Source of the DNA: a virus
Taxonomy: Duplodnaviria; Caudoviricetes
Virus record (IMG/VR): IMGVR_UViG_3300037466_003369
Coordinates: 8,276-72,275 of that record
Reading direction: 5' to 3' (one strand)
DNA length: 64,000 bases
Both the position numbers and the translations under genes were made by a program. Position 1 is the first letter of the stretch, and each line of letters starts with the position of its first letter. Under the pieces are notes generated by a model. That model did not search any database, was not told the origin of the DNA, and saw only the letters and a list, made by a program, of their open reading frames with translations. This document shows positions 1 to 9,312 of this stretch, in pieces.

Positions 1-1
1 T

Positions 2-724
2 CCGGACAAGTACGCGCACATCTGGCTCGGCGCCTACCTGAAGCGCTCCGAGGCCACGGTGTTCAAGAACTGGCGCATCGCCGTGTTCGAGACCCCGGAC
101 GTGGTCGAGCGCTTCCTGTTCGGCGCCGACTGGGGCTTCAGCGTGGACCCCTCGGTCTTAGTCCGGGGCTTCCTGGGGCGGCTGATCGAGCGCGGCAAGG
201 ACGCCCACGGCAACGACGTGGTCGTGGCGATCCCCGACCAGCGCGGCAACACTCTCTTCATCGACGCCGAGGCCTACCGGGTCGGCTGCGAGATTGATTA
301 CCTGCCGGCCCTGTTCGCCGGCAATGCGCCGCCCAAGCATGGGCGCGAGTGGGAGAACCCCTACGGCTGGCGCGGGATACCGGGAGCGCTGAGGTGGCCG
401 ATCACGGCCGACAGCGCCCGGCCCGAGACCATCAGCTACATGAAGCGCGCCGGCTTCAACATCCGACCGGCGGTCAAGGGGCCGGGCAGCATCGAGGACG
501 GCATCGAGTTCCTGCGGAATTACGATATCGTCGTGCTGCCGACCTGCGTCCACGTCATCGACGAGCTGAGCCTGTACTCCTACAAGGTCGACAAGATGAC
601 CGACGAGGTCCTCCCCGATCTGGAGGACAAGGACAACCACGTGATCGACGCCCTCCGTTACGCCGTGGAGGGCCAGCGACGCGGCGGCCTGCGGATCAGC
701 GACGCGGTCCTGGCGAAGGTCTGA
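2..724 (+). CDS. terL: Terminase large subunit, C-terminal part (PBSX-type); 5' end is outside the window
   Basis: Frame is open from base 2 (PDKYAHIWLGAYLKRSEATVFKNW). Has the nuclease motifs GADWGFSVDP, ADSARPETI and NHVIDALRYA. Confidence 0.93.
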   Translation, partial: PDKYAHIWLGAYLKRSEATVFKNWRIAVFETPDVVERFLFGADWGFSVDPSVLVRGFLGRLIERGKDAHGNDVVVAIPDQRGNTLFIDAEAYRVGCEIDYLPALFAGNAPPKHGREWENPYGWRGIPGALRWPITADSARPETISYMKRAGFNIRPAVKGPGSIEDGIEFLRNYDIVVLPTCVHVIDELSLYSYKVDKMTDEVLPDLEDKDNHVIDALRYAVEGQRRGGLRISDAVLAKV

Positions 725-737
725 GGGAGAGCCAACC

Positions 738-902
738 ATGCCGAGCAAGTCTCCCGAGCAGCGGCGTCTGATGGCCGCCGCCGCGCATGATCCGAAGTTC
801 GCGGCCAAGGTCGGCGTGCCGCAGAAGGTGGCCAAGGAGTTCAACCGCGCCGACCAGCACGAGGGCCAGGATCGGAGCTTCCAGAGGATCAAGGCCCTCT
901 GA
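738..902 (+). CDS. Small 54-aa phage protein (MPSKSPEQRRLMAAAAHDPKFAAKVGVPQKVAKEF...)
   Basis: GGGAGA RBS and ATG at 738. TGA overlaps the portal ATG (TGATG). Below the ORF-track cutoff. Confidence 0.8.
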   Translation: MPSKSPEQRRLMAAAAHDPKFAAKVGVPQKVAKEFNRADQHEGQDRSFQRIKAL

Positions 903-3598
903 TGTGGCCCTTCCGGCGGGGGCCGGCGAAGCCGGCCGAACCCGCGAAGGCCGCCGAGCCGGCGCGCCCGGCCAAGCGGCGCATCAGCGACACCGCCATC
1001 GCCCGCGTCATGGAGCGGCGGCCGGGCGGCTTCATGCTGACGCCGCTGAGCGAGACCCCGCGCGTCGAGCGTCCTTTCGAGCCCGCCAAGCCGCTGACCA
1101 AGGACGCCCCGGAGATGGCCTTCGACTCCGGCGTCGAGGACGTCTTCGCGCAGCTCAACTCGGCGACCTACAACTTTGGCGAAGGCATCGGCTTCATGGG
1201 CTACGGCTACTTGGCCGAGCTTGCCCAGCGCCCCGAGTACCGCCGCGGATGCGAGGTCTTGGCGCGGGAGATGACCCGCCGCTGGATCAAGCTGACCTAC
1301 AACGGCGAGGAGGACGACATCGAGCCGGAGGCCGAGGGCGACGAGGAGGACGCCACGCCCGGCGAGGCCGACAAGGACGCCGAGCAACCTGAGCCCGAAG
1401 CGCAGAAGTCCGATGTCGATCCCGAACGGGGTGATCCGCCGGGGATCGGGCACAACAAGCCGCCGCGTCCGGCCCGGAGGGTCAAGCCCAGCGACGAGAA
1501 GCTGAAGCGGATCGAGGCGGAGCTGAAGCGCCTGAAGGTGCGCGAGGCGTTCCGTCGCGTGGCCGAACTGGACGGCGTCTTCGGCCGTGGCCACATCTAC
1601 CTGGACACCGGCGACACCGAAAAGCCGGATGAGCTGAAGACCCCGCTGACGGTCAGCAAGGTCAAGATCGGCCGGCGTAAGAAGCTGAAGCGCCTCGTCG
1701 TCGTCGAGCCGACCTGGACCTATCCGCAGAACTACGACAGTCGCGATCCGCTGAAGCCGGAGTTCTTCGAGCCGCAGAACTGGCTCGTGATGCAGAAGTC
1801 GGTCCACGCGAGCCGACTGCTGACCTTCGTGGGCCGCGAGGTCCCGGACATGTTGAAGCCGGCCTACTCGTTCGGCGGCCTCAGCCTGATCCAGATGGCC
1901 AAGCCGTACGTCGACAACTGGCTGCGCACCCGCCAGTCGGTCAGCGACATCCTGCACGCCTTCACCGTCTGGGTGGTGAAGACAGACCTCAACGACATCC
2001 TGAACGGCAGCGACGACGGCGATCAGGTCGTCCGGCGGGCCGAGCTGTTCAACCGGGTCCGCGACAACCGTGGCCTGATGATGGTCGACAAGGAGAGCGA
2101 GGACTTCGCCAACGTCGCGGCGCCGCTCGCCGGGCTCGATCATCTGCAGGCCCAGGCCCAGGAGCAGATGGCCAGCGTCTTCGCCATCCCGCTGGTGGTC
2201 CTGCTCGGCATCACGCCCTCCGGCCTGAACGCCTCCAGCGACGGCGAGATCAGGGTCTTCTACGACTTCATCCACGCCTTCCAGGAGCACCTGTTCGGCC
2301 ACGCGCTGCACATCATCCTGAAGATCGTGCAGCTCTCGCTGTTCGGGGAGATCGACGAGGACATCGGCTTCGAGTTCCTGCCCCTTTGGCAGCCGACCGA
2401 GACCGATCAGGCGACGATCCGCAAGACCAACGCCGACATCGACAAGGCCTACATCGACGGGGGCGTGCTCGATCCCTCCGAGGTCCGCGAGAAGATCGCC
2501 AACGACAAGGACAGCCCCTACCAGAACATCGACCCCGACGCCGTGCCGGAGCCGCCGCAACCGCCGGGCGGCGATCCCTTCGGCGCCGATCCGGATGGCG
2601 AGGGCGGCTCAGAGGACGATCCGGACAGTGGCTTCCCGCCCTCGTCCGGCGGCGGCGAGCGCCGGCCCGCGGTCCCCAAGGCCGGCGGCAACCCCAAGCC
2701 GCCCGAGCGCCGTCCGGCCGGCGGCGATCCCAAGCCCCCGCGGGCCCAGGACGCCGCCTTCAGGGAACAGGACCATCCCCGTGGCCAGCCGGGCAACGCC
2801 GGCCAGTTCGGCCCCGGTGGTGGAAAGTCTAAGACCGAGGCTCCGAAGCCGAAGTCCAAGGAGAAGGAAGCGGCCAAGGCGGCGCAGGAGCCCGCCAGCC
2901 CCAGGGAGCGTCCGCCGTTCTCCGAGGAGGAGCTGTCCGGGCTGCCGCACGTCGATGAGATCGATCAGCCGACCACGTCCTGGGAGGAGCTGAAGACCAA
3001 GGGCGAGGAGGGCCGCGCCGCCTTCGTCGAGGCGCTCTCCGTCGTGGCTGACAAGCTGAGGCTGCGGACCGACGTGACGCTGCCCGAGCAGTTGACGCCC
3101 GAGGACCTGGAGAGCGGCGACAACTTCCTGTTCGTGGCGCCGAACAAGTCCGAGGCCCGAGCGCGGGCCAAGATCGAGAGCGACTATGGCGGCAACTGGT
3201 CAAAGCTGCGCGACATGGTCCGCGCCTCGATCACCGTGTCGTCGATGGATGAGCTGCGGGCGGCTGTGATCGCCGCCGAGGACGCGGGCCTAGCCCTGGC
3301 GGCCAAGCCCAAGGACCGCTTCACCAAGCCGACGCCCGAGGGCTACCGCGATCTCAACACCCTTGTGCGGCTGCCCAACGGCATGGTGGCCGAGCTGCAG
3401 TTCCACCTGACGCCGATCATCGCGGCCAAGAACGAGGGCCACGTCCACTACGAGGCGCAGCAGCGCCTGACCCGCAAGAACGGCATGGAGGAGCCGGACG
3501 ACACGTGGTCGCTTGAGGACATCGAGCGGTTCACCCAGGCGCGCGAGCGGCAGCGTGAGCTGTACGGCGCGGCCTGGGAGAAGGCGACGAAGGCCTAG
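902..3598 (+). CDS. Portal protein (DUF1073-type) fused through a low-complexity linker to a C-terminal RelA/SpoT-like nucleotidyltransferase domain
   Basis: Position after terL; portal motifs HASRLLTF, GITPSGLNASSDGEIRVFYD, FEFLPLWQ. The C-terminal ~160 aa has KSxxRAxxK-DY, RDMVR, KDRFxKPxxxGYRDL, ELQFH and GHVHYE. Confidence 0.9.
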   Translation: MWPFRRGPAKPAEPAKAAEPARPAKRRISDTAIARVMERRPGGFMLTPLSETPRVERPFEPAKPLTKDAPEMAFDSGVEDVFAQLNSATYNFGEGIGFMGYGYLAELAQRPEYRRGCEVLAREMTRRWIKLTYNGEEDDIEPEAEGDEEDATPGEADKDAEQPEPEAQKSDVDPERGDPPGIGHNKPPRPARRVKPSDEKLKRIEAELKRLKVREAFRRVAELDGVFGRGHIYLDTGDTEKPDELKTPLTVSKVKIGRRKKLKRLVVVEPTWTYPQNYDSRDPLKPEFFEPQNWLVMQKSVHASRLLTFVGREVPDMLKPAYSFGGLSLIQMAKPYVDNWLRTRQSVSDILHAFTVWVVKTDLNDILNGSDDGDQVVRRAELFNRVRDNRGLMMVDKESEDFANVAAPLAGLDHLQAQAQEQMASVFAIPLVVLLGITPSGLNASSDGEIRVFYDFIHAFQEHLFGHALHIILKIVQLSLFGEIDEDIGFEFLPLWQPTETDQATIRKTNADIDKAYIDGGVLDPSEVREKIANDKDSPYQNIDPDAVPEPPQPPGGDPFGADPDGEGGSEDDPDSGFPPSSGGGERRPAVPKAGGNPKPPERRPAGGDPKPPRAQDAAFREQDHPRGQPGNAGQFGPGGGKSKTEAPKPKSKEKEAAKAAQEPASPRERPPFSEEELSGLPHVDEIDQPTTSWEELKTKGEEGRAAFVEALSVVADKLRLRTDVTLPEQLTPEDLESGDNFLFVAPNKSEARARAKIESDYGGNWSKLRDMVRASITVSSMDELRAAVIAAEDAGLALAAKPKDRFTKPTPEGYRDLNTLVRLPNGMVAELQFHLTPIIAAKNEGHVHYEAQQRLTRKNGMEEPDDTWSLEDIERFTQARERQRELYGAAWEKATKA

Positions 3599-3783
3599 TC
3601 GCCGCCCATCATCCTCTGGGCCTCGGCCTCGTCGATGATGTCGCCCCACTCGACGCCCTTGGGGACGTCGCCGGTGTAGGCCACGAACTTCTTCTCCGTG
3701 GGGGACCAGACCTCGCTGGGCCACGCGCGGGACCTCCCGCGGAACAGCGCCCCCTCGTTCTCGATGTAGATGAATTTGGCCAT
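3595..3783 (-). CDS. 62-aa protein convergent with the portal; candidate immunity/antitoxin
   Basis: GGAG RBS before ATG 3783. Stop overlaps the portal stop in a CTAG palindrome. Own promoter at 3862-3890. Confidence 0.75.
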   Translation of the reverse strand: MAKFIYIENEGALFRGRSRAWPSEVWSPTEKKFVAYTGDVPKGVEWGDIIDEAEAQRMMGGD

Positions 3784-3861
3784 CGTCTTCTCCGGTTTGG
3801 GACCTCCCTTGTGATGTGCGGGTGAGCGCGGCGCAACGCGCATTCGCGGGCCCACGCTCCT

Positions 3862-3890
3862 CATATAGGCGACCTTGAAACAAAAAGGAA
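3862..3890 (-). promoter_or_regulatory. Phage early-type sigma70-like promoter, TTCCTT-N17-TATATG
   Basis: CACTTCCTTTTTGTTTCAAGGTCGCCTATATG closely matches the promoter at 50516-50544 (CACTTCCTTTTTCTTTCAGGAGCGCCTATCTT). Confidence 0.75.
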
Positions 3891-3896
3891 GTGGAA

Positions 3897-3983
3897 ATGT
3901 TCCACACCCTCTGGATCATGGTCGCCGGCTGCATCGTCGGCTTCCAGGCCTTCGGATACCTGACCCTGTTCCGGGCGGCCTGA
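3897..3983 (+). CDS. Possible 28-aa membrane peptide (MFHTLWIMVAGCIVGFQAFGYLTLFRAA)
   Basis: Hydrophobic ORF that fills the gap before MuF. Confidence 0.4.
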   Translation: MFHTLWIMVAGCIVGFQAFGYLTLFRAA

Positions 3984-3987
3984 CCGG

Positions 3988-4788
3988 GTGTCCATCCACC
4001 ATCGCCAGCGACAGGTGATCCTGCCGCGGGTGGTCCCGAACGCGGGACTGCAGGCCTACTACCGCAAGCGCCTCGACCGGCTGATCGAGGCCATGCACGA
4101 CTCGGTCGCCTACTGGGTGGCGCAGGCCTATCGCGCCAATCCGCCGGAGATCGCCCAGGACGAGAGCCCGGCCATGGCCATGCGGCGGCTGATGCGCAAG
4201 CTGGCCAGTCGCTGGAACCGCGAGTTCGACAAGCTGGCCAGGAAGCTCTCGCCCGAGTTCGTGCGCCGCAACGGCCGGATGAGCGACACCCAGTTCATGG
4301 AGCACCTCAAGGCGGCCGGCTTCACCGTGGAATTCTCCGTCAGCCGGCAGGTCAACGACGTGATGCAGGCGGCCATCGGCGAGAACGTGGCGCTCATCAA
4401 GTCGATCCCGCAGCAGTACCTGACCCAGGTGGAGGGCATGGTCCTGCGCTCGGTGCAGGCCGGACGCGACCTCTCCACCCTGTCGAAGGACCTGCAGCAC
4501 CAGTACGGCGTCACGCGCCGCCGCGCGGCCTTCATTGCCAGGGATCAGAACAACAAGACCACCTCCGCGATCTATCGCGCTCGACAGCTCGAACTCGATA
4601 TCGACGAGGCCATCTGGCACCACAGCCACGCAGGCAAGACGCCGAGGCCTAGCCACGTCGCCAACAACGGCAAGACCTACAAGGTCTCCGAGGGCTGGTA
4701 CGACCCGGACCTGAAGAAGCGTATCTGGCCCGGCACGGAACCGAACTGCAGATGTACAGCCAAGTCGATCATTCGAGGGTTCATGTGA
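3988..4788 (+). CDS. Head morphogenesis protein MuF (SPP1 gp7 family)
   Basis: RAAFIARDQNNK, WHHSHAGKTPRPSH and PGTEPNCRC motifs; follows the portal. Confidence 0.9.
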   Translation: MSIHHRQRQVILPRVVPNAGLQAYYRKRLDRLIEAMHDSVAYWVAQAYRANPPEIAQDESPAMAMRRLMRKLASRWNREFDKLARKLSPEFVRRNGRMSDTQFMEHLKAAGFTVEFSVSRQVNDVMQAAIGENVALIKSIPQQYLTQVEGMVLRSVQAGRDLSTLSKDLQHQYGVTRRRAAFIARDQNNKTTSAIYRARQLELDIDEAIWHHSHAGKTPRPSHVANNGKTYKVSEGWYDPDLKKRIWPGTEPNCRCTAKSIIRGFM

Positions 4789-4958
4789 TGCCGGACGAGA
4801 GAGACGCGCCGATGTTCCTTTATCGCGGCCCGAAGGCGGACGACGACTGGACGCCGCCGACCTTCGGCATGGGCGTGGTCATCGGGGTGCTCGGCGGCCT
4901 CGTCGTCGCCGCCCTGATCAGCGCCGTCGTCACGCTGCCCTGGACCTACCTTGGCTGA
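4788..4958 (+). CDS. Small membrane protein
   Basis: ATG overlaps the MuF stop; one long hydrophobic segment. Confidence 0.6.
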   Translation: MPDERDAPMFLYRGPKADDDWTPPTFGMGVVIGVLGGLVVAALISAVVTLPWTYLG

Positions 4959-6801
4959 CGGCGCCGGCGTCATGCTGCAGGCGCCGGGCAACCGGCTCCT
5001 CGTCCTGCGGCGTAGTCAGGAGAGCGATCATCCGGGGACCTACTGCTTCCCCGGCGGCGGCGTGGAGGAGGGCGAGACCTACGAGGACGCCGCGCGTCGC
5101 GAGCTGCACGAGGAGACCGGCTTCGACTACCAGGGGCCACTCGCGCAGGTCGACGACCGCGATGGCTTCGTCACCTTCCGCGCCGAGCTGCCCGAGGAAT
5201 TTGATCCCGAGCTGAACGACGAGCACACCGAGGCCCGCTGGATCGAGCCTGGCGAGCACGACGCGGAGCCGCTGCATCCCGGCGTCAGGGCCACCCTCAG
5301 TGAGATGGGCTTCGCCATGGATCAATCCATCCGCAAGCGCGCGCTCGCCTTCGACCGCGCCACGGTTCGCTCCTTCACCGTGGACGGCCGGCTGCAGGTC
5401 GAGCTGAACCCGATCTCCAAGGCCAACGTCTGCCCCTACTACGGCGAGGAGATTCCGGACCACGAGAAGCTCGGTCTGGACCCTAAGCGCGTCTACATGC
5501 TGCTGCGCGATCCGGAGGAACTGGCCAAGGCGGCGGAGACCTTCAATGGCGTCCCGCTGCTGCTGATCCACAAGCCCTCCACCGCGGACGAGCACCCGCG
5601 CGAGCTGACCATCGGGACCACCGGCACGGACGCCGCCTGGGAGGACCCGTACCTCAAAAACACCCTCGTGGTCTGGGACGCCGAGGGTATCGAGGCCATC
5701 GAATCCGACGAGCAGAAAGAGCTGTCGTCCGGCTACCGCTACCGCGCCGACATGACCCCCGGCGTGTTCAACGGCGAGAACTACGACGGGGTCATGCGGG
5801 ACATCGTCGGAAACCACGTCGCCCTCGTCGAGGAGGGCCGCGCAGGACCCGACGTTGTCGTTGGCGATTCCAAACCAAGGAACCTCATGATGAAGATCAA
5901 GACTGCCGCGCTGCCGTCTCGGAAGGCCCTGCTTGTCCAGGGCGCCGTGGCGGCGGTCCTCGCGCCGATGATCGCCCAGGATGCCAAGCTCATCGACCTG
6001 GGCGGGGTGTTCAAGGGCGTCAACCGGAAGAACTACGCCGCCCAGCGGGACAACATCGTCTCGCGCCTGAAGCTGGCCACCGACAAGCGTCTGGCCAAGG
6101 ACGCCGACTTGGAGGACGTGGTCGCCGTGATCGACGCCCTGAAGGGCGTCAACGGCGGCGACGCCGACGAGGACGACGTCACCATCGATGCCGATCTCGT
6201 GCCCGGAGCCGCCGACCCGGCCGATCCGGAGAAGACCAATCCGGGCGTCTCCGGCGAGGACGAGGAGGAGGGCGGCCACGAGGCCTTCATGGCCAAGCTG
6301 AAGGCCAAGCTGGACGACGCCACCTACGCCAAGGTGGTCTCGGCCATGTCCCCGTCCGCCGCCCCCGCGCAGGGCGCGACCGACGAGGAGAAAGACAAGA
6401 ACGAGGAGCCCGGCGCCGAGGACGAGGAGGGACCCGAGAAGAAGCCCGAATTCGTCTCCAAGGGCGCGATGGACAAGGCCATCAACGCGGCCTCCGCCAA
6501 GGCGGTCAAGGACACCATCACGCGCCTCGCCGCCGTCCGCGAGGCGGAGAACATCTGTCGCCCGCACATCGGCGAGCTGGCCATCGCCATGGACTCCGCG
6601 GAGGCCGTCTACAAGCACACGCTGCAGACGGTCTGCCCCGACCGCGACCTCACCGGCATCCACCCCAGCGCCTTCCGGGCCATGGTGGAGATGCTCCCCA
6701 CGGGCTCCGAGCCCAAGACCCCGCGGCTCGCCCAGGACGCCAAGAAGGCCAAGGCCTTCGAAGAGCGCTACCCCGGCGCCGACCGCATCAAGAGCCTTTA
6801 A
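4951..6801 (+). CDS. NUDIX hydrolase fused to DUF2213 (putative prohead protease/scaffold)
   Basis: Complete Nudix box [25 protein letters not shown]2213 motifs [17 protein letters not shown] and [12 protein letters not shown], then an acidic scaffold-like tail. Confidence 0.88.
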   Translation: MADGAGVMLQAPGNRLLVLRRSQESDHPGTYCFPGGGVEEGETYEDAARRELHEETGFDYQGPLAQVDDRDGFVTFRAELPEEFDPELNDEHTEARWIEPGEHDAEPLHPGVRATLSEMGFAMDQSIRKRALAFDRATVRSFTVDGRLQVELNPISKANVCPYYGEEIPDHEKLGLDPKRVYMLLRDPEELAKAAETFNGVPLLLIHKPSTADEHPRELTIGTTGTDAAWEDPYLKNTLVVWDAEGIEAIESDEQKELSSGYRYRADMTPGVFNGENYDGVMRDIVGNHVALVEEGRAGPDVVVGDSKPRNLMMKIKTAALPSRKALLVQGAVAAVLAPMIAQDAKLIDLGGVFKGVNRKNYAAQRDNIVSRLKLATDKRLAKDADLEDVVAVIDALKGVNGGDADEDDVTIDADLVPGAADPADPEKTNPGVSGEDEEEGGHEAFMAKLKAKLDDATYAKVVSAMSPSAAPAQGATDEEKDKNEEPGAEDEEGPEKKPEFVSKGAMDKAINAASAKAVKDTITRLAAVREAENICRPHIGELAIAMDSAEAVYKHTLQTVCPDRDLTGIHPSAFRAMVEMLPTGSEPKTPRLAQDAKKAKAFEERYPGADRIKSL

Positions 6802-6813
6802 GGAGAGCCCCCG

Positions 6814-7737
6814 ATGGCTGACTTCCAAACCCAGGTGAACGTCCAGCCGGCCCCGGCCGTGGCGGGCGACTTCGCCTCCGCCAATCCGCGCTGGTCGGTC
6901 GACGCCGGCCCCGGCGGCCTCGTGGCCGGCGTCGGCGGCGTGACCGTGGGTCGCTTCGCGTGGTGGGACAATGCGAACCACCGCACCGTGCTGAACAGCG
7001 GCGCGGGCGCGCCGACCGGCTTCGTCCACCGTGAGCAGCAGGCGCTCATCACCACCTACCTCGCGGCGGCCTCCAACGTGGTCCCGGTGGGCTTCGGGAT
7101 CACCCTGATGTCCGGCGGCGACTTCTGGGTGCTGAACGATGGCTCGACCGAGGCCCTGGTGGGCCAGAAGGCCTACGCCGACCTCGCCACCGGCAAGGTC
7201 TCGTTCGCCGCCACCGGCTCGGCCTCCACCGCCTCGGTGACCGGCTCCATCGCCGCCTCCACCGCCTCGGTGACCGGCTCCATCGCCGACAACGTGCTGA
7301 CGGTGACCGCGGTCGCCTCCGGCACGCTGGTGGTGGGCGGCACGCTGAGCGGTACCGGCGTGGCCACCGGCACGCAGATCGTGGCCCAGCTCTCCGGCAC
7401 GCCGGGCGGCATCGGAACCTACTCGGTCAACATCGGCGAGCAGACCGTCAGTTCCACCGCGATCTCCGAGACCTACGGCACGCTGACCGTGACCGCCGTG
7501 GGCTCGGGCGCGCTGGTGCTGGGCGCCGTGCTCTCGGGCACGGGCGTCACCGCGGGCACGATCATCACCGCCCTCCTGACCGGCGCCGGCGGCACGGGGA
7601 CCTACGTGGTTTCCCCGACGCAGACGGCCGGCTCGACCACCATCACCGCGACGACCAACGTCGAGACCAAGTGGGTCTGCATGTCCCAGGGTCTGCCCGG
7701 CGAACTCGTCAAGATCAGCTCCCACGTGCTGGGCTAA
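6814..7737 (+). CDS. Capsid decoration/cement protein with inserted beta-rich repeats
   Basis: Lies between the scaffold and capsid genes. N-terminal [11 protein letters not shown] and [11 protein letters not shown]; C-terminal GELVKIS. Confidence 0.75.
   Translation: MADFQTQVNVQPAPAVAGDFASANPRWSVDAGPGGLVAGVGGVTVGRFAWWDNANHRTVLNSGAGAPTGFVHREQQALITTYLAAASNVVPVGFGITLMSGGDFWVLNDGSTEALVGQKAYADLATGKVSFAATGSASTASVTGSIAASTASVTGSIADNVLTVTAVASGTLVVGGTLSGTGVATGTQIVAQLSGTPGGIGTYSVNIGEQTVSSTAISETYGTLTVTAVGSGALVLGAVLSGTGVTAGTIITALLTGAGGTGTYVVSPTQTAGSTTITATTNVETKWVCMSQGLPGELVKISSHVLG
7222..7287 (+). repeat. Perfect 33-bp tandem duplication ([11 protein letters not shown] x2)
   Basis: gcctccaccgcctcggtgaccggctccatcgcc at 7222-7254 and 7255-7287. 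Confidence 0.95.
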
Positions 7738-7751
7738 GGAGTGTCCCTGAG

Positions 7752-8840
7752 ATGAACTACCACGACGCACAGACCCAGTGGACGGACGACGCTCCGCTGC
7801 TGGCCGCCAAGGGCGTGGTGCTCCCCGACGCCAAGGCGTACAAGCCCGACGAGTTCGGCGCCGACTACGGCTTCGCGATGGACGCCCAGCCGGCCCTGGT
7901 CACCCAGTCCAACGCCGGCATCCCGGCGTTCCTCACCACCATGGTCGATCCGGCGGTCATCCGGATTCTGCTGGCCCCGAACAAGGCCGCGACCATCTTC
8001 GGCGAGGTCAAGAAGGGTTCCTGGCTGGACGAGACGGCGATGTTCCCCATCGTCGAGCGCACCGGCGAGGTGAGCACCTACGGCGACTTCAACGAGAACG
8101 GCCACGCCGGGGTCAACACCAACTGGCCGCAGCGCCAGAGCTACCTGTTCCAGGTGGTGAAGGAGTGGGGCGAGCGCGAGCTTGAACGCGCCGGCCTCGC
8201 CCGCATCAACTGGGCCTCGGAGATCGACGAGGCGGCGGCGATCCAGCTCATGAAGTACTCCAACCTGACGTATTTCTTCGGCGTCGCCGGGTTGCAGAAC
8301 TACGGGCTGCTGAACGACCCGAACCTGTCGGCGTCGCTGACCCCCGCCACGAAGACCTACGGTGGCGTCAAGTGGATCAACAACGGCGTCGTCGTGGCCA
8401 CGGCCAACGAGGTCTACAACGACATCCAGTCGATCTTCCTGCAGCTCGTCAACCAGTCTGGCGGCCTGATCGACCAGGAGTCGCAGATGACCCTGGCCAT
8501 GTCGCCCAGCTCGGCCGTGGCCCTGACCGCGACCAACAGCTTCAACGTCAGCGTCGCCGACCTGCTGAAGAAGAACTTCCCCAACCTGAAGCTGGAGACC
8601 GCGGTCCAGTACGGGGCGCTCTCGGCCACCAACACGCAGGGCGTGGCCGCCGGCAACCTCGTGCAGCTCATCGCCTCCAACGTCGAGGGACAGGACACCG
8701 GCTACTGCGCCTTCAACGAGAAGATGCGCGCCCACCCGGTCATCCGCGCGATGTCCTCCTTCAAGCAGAAGGTCACGTCCGGCACCTGGGGCGCGATCAT
8801 CCGTCAACCGTTCGCCATCGCGTCGATGGTGGGAGTCTGA
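7752..8840 (+). CDS. Major capsid protein (DUF2184 family)
   Basis: AAGGAG RBS. Motifs AMDAQPALVTQSNAGIP, STYGDFNENG, FFGVAGLQNYGLLNDP. Confidence 0.92.
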   Translation: MNYHDAQTQWTDDAPLLAAKGVVLPDAKAYKPDEFGADYGFAMDAQPALVTQSNAGIPAFLTTMVDPAVIRILLAPNKAATIFGEVKKGSWLDETAMFPIVERTGEVSTYGDFNENGHAGVNTNWPQRQSYLFQVVKEWGERELERAGLARINWASEIDEAAAIQLMKYSNLTYFFGVAGLQNYGLLNDPNLSASLTPATKTYGGVKWINNGVVVATANEVYNDIQSIFLQLVNQSGGLIDQESQMTLAMSPSSAVALTATNSFNVSVADLLKKNFPNLKLETAVQYGALSATNTQGVAAGNLVQLIASNVEGQDTGYCAFNEKMRAHPVIRAMSSFKQKVTSGTWGAIIRQPFAIASMVGV

Positions 8841-8843
8841 TCC

Positions 8844-9308
8844 ATGGCCGATGCCTCCAACGACACTGCCAAGACGGTCACCGTCGCCTGCAAGATGCCC
8901 AACGGCGTCCTGCTGCGGCTGTTCAAGGCCGAGACCGTGCAGGAGCCCGTCCCCGGCGGCGGCTTCCGCGACGTCCAGGTGATGCGGCACACCGGCGACG
9001 TGGTGAAGATCAACGGCTACGCGGCCGAGGCCGGCAAGTCGCCGGCCTCGCCGATGACCGACGAGGGCTACGCGCTCACCTACGGCGTCTCCAAGGATTT
9101 CTGGGACCAGTGGCTGTCCCAGAACCGCGATCTCGCCATGGTCGAGAACAAGCTGATCTTCGCGCACGCCAGCTCGCAGTCGGCGAAGGCCGAATCGCGC
9201 GACCACGCCAAGACCCGCAACGGCCTGGAGCCGATGGCCATTAAGGGCGATCCGCGCAGCCCGAGGAGCCCGCGGGTCGGCGAGATCGAGAAGGCCGAGG
9301 CGGCCTGA
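8844..9308 (+). CDS. Conserved head-region hypothetical protein
   Basis: TVTVACKMPNGVLL and YALTYGVSKDFWDQW; coupled to the capsid gene. Confidence 0.75.
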   Translation: MADASNDTAKTVTVACKMPNGVLLRLFKAETVQEPVPGGGFRDVQVMRHTGDVVKINGYAAEAGKSPASPMTDEGYALTYGVSKDFWDQWLSQNRDLAMVENKLIFAHASSQSAKAESRDHAKTRNGLEPMAIKGDPRSPRSPRVGEIEKAEAA

Positions 9309-9312
9309 TCCG

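Noticed and set aside
3784-3864. 89-aa version of the antisense gene starting at 3864
   Set aside because: That ATG lies inside the predicted -10 element and has no RBS. ATG 3783 has GGAG.
3988-4788. MuF as a polymorphic toxin
   Set aside because: The protein ends right after the PNCRC motif, so it is a short MuF with no toxin extension; the effector-like domain is on the portal instead.
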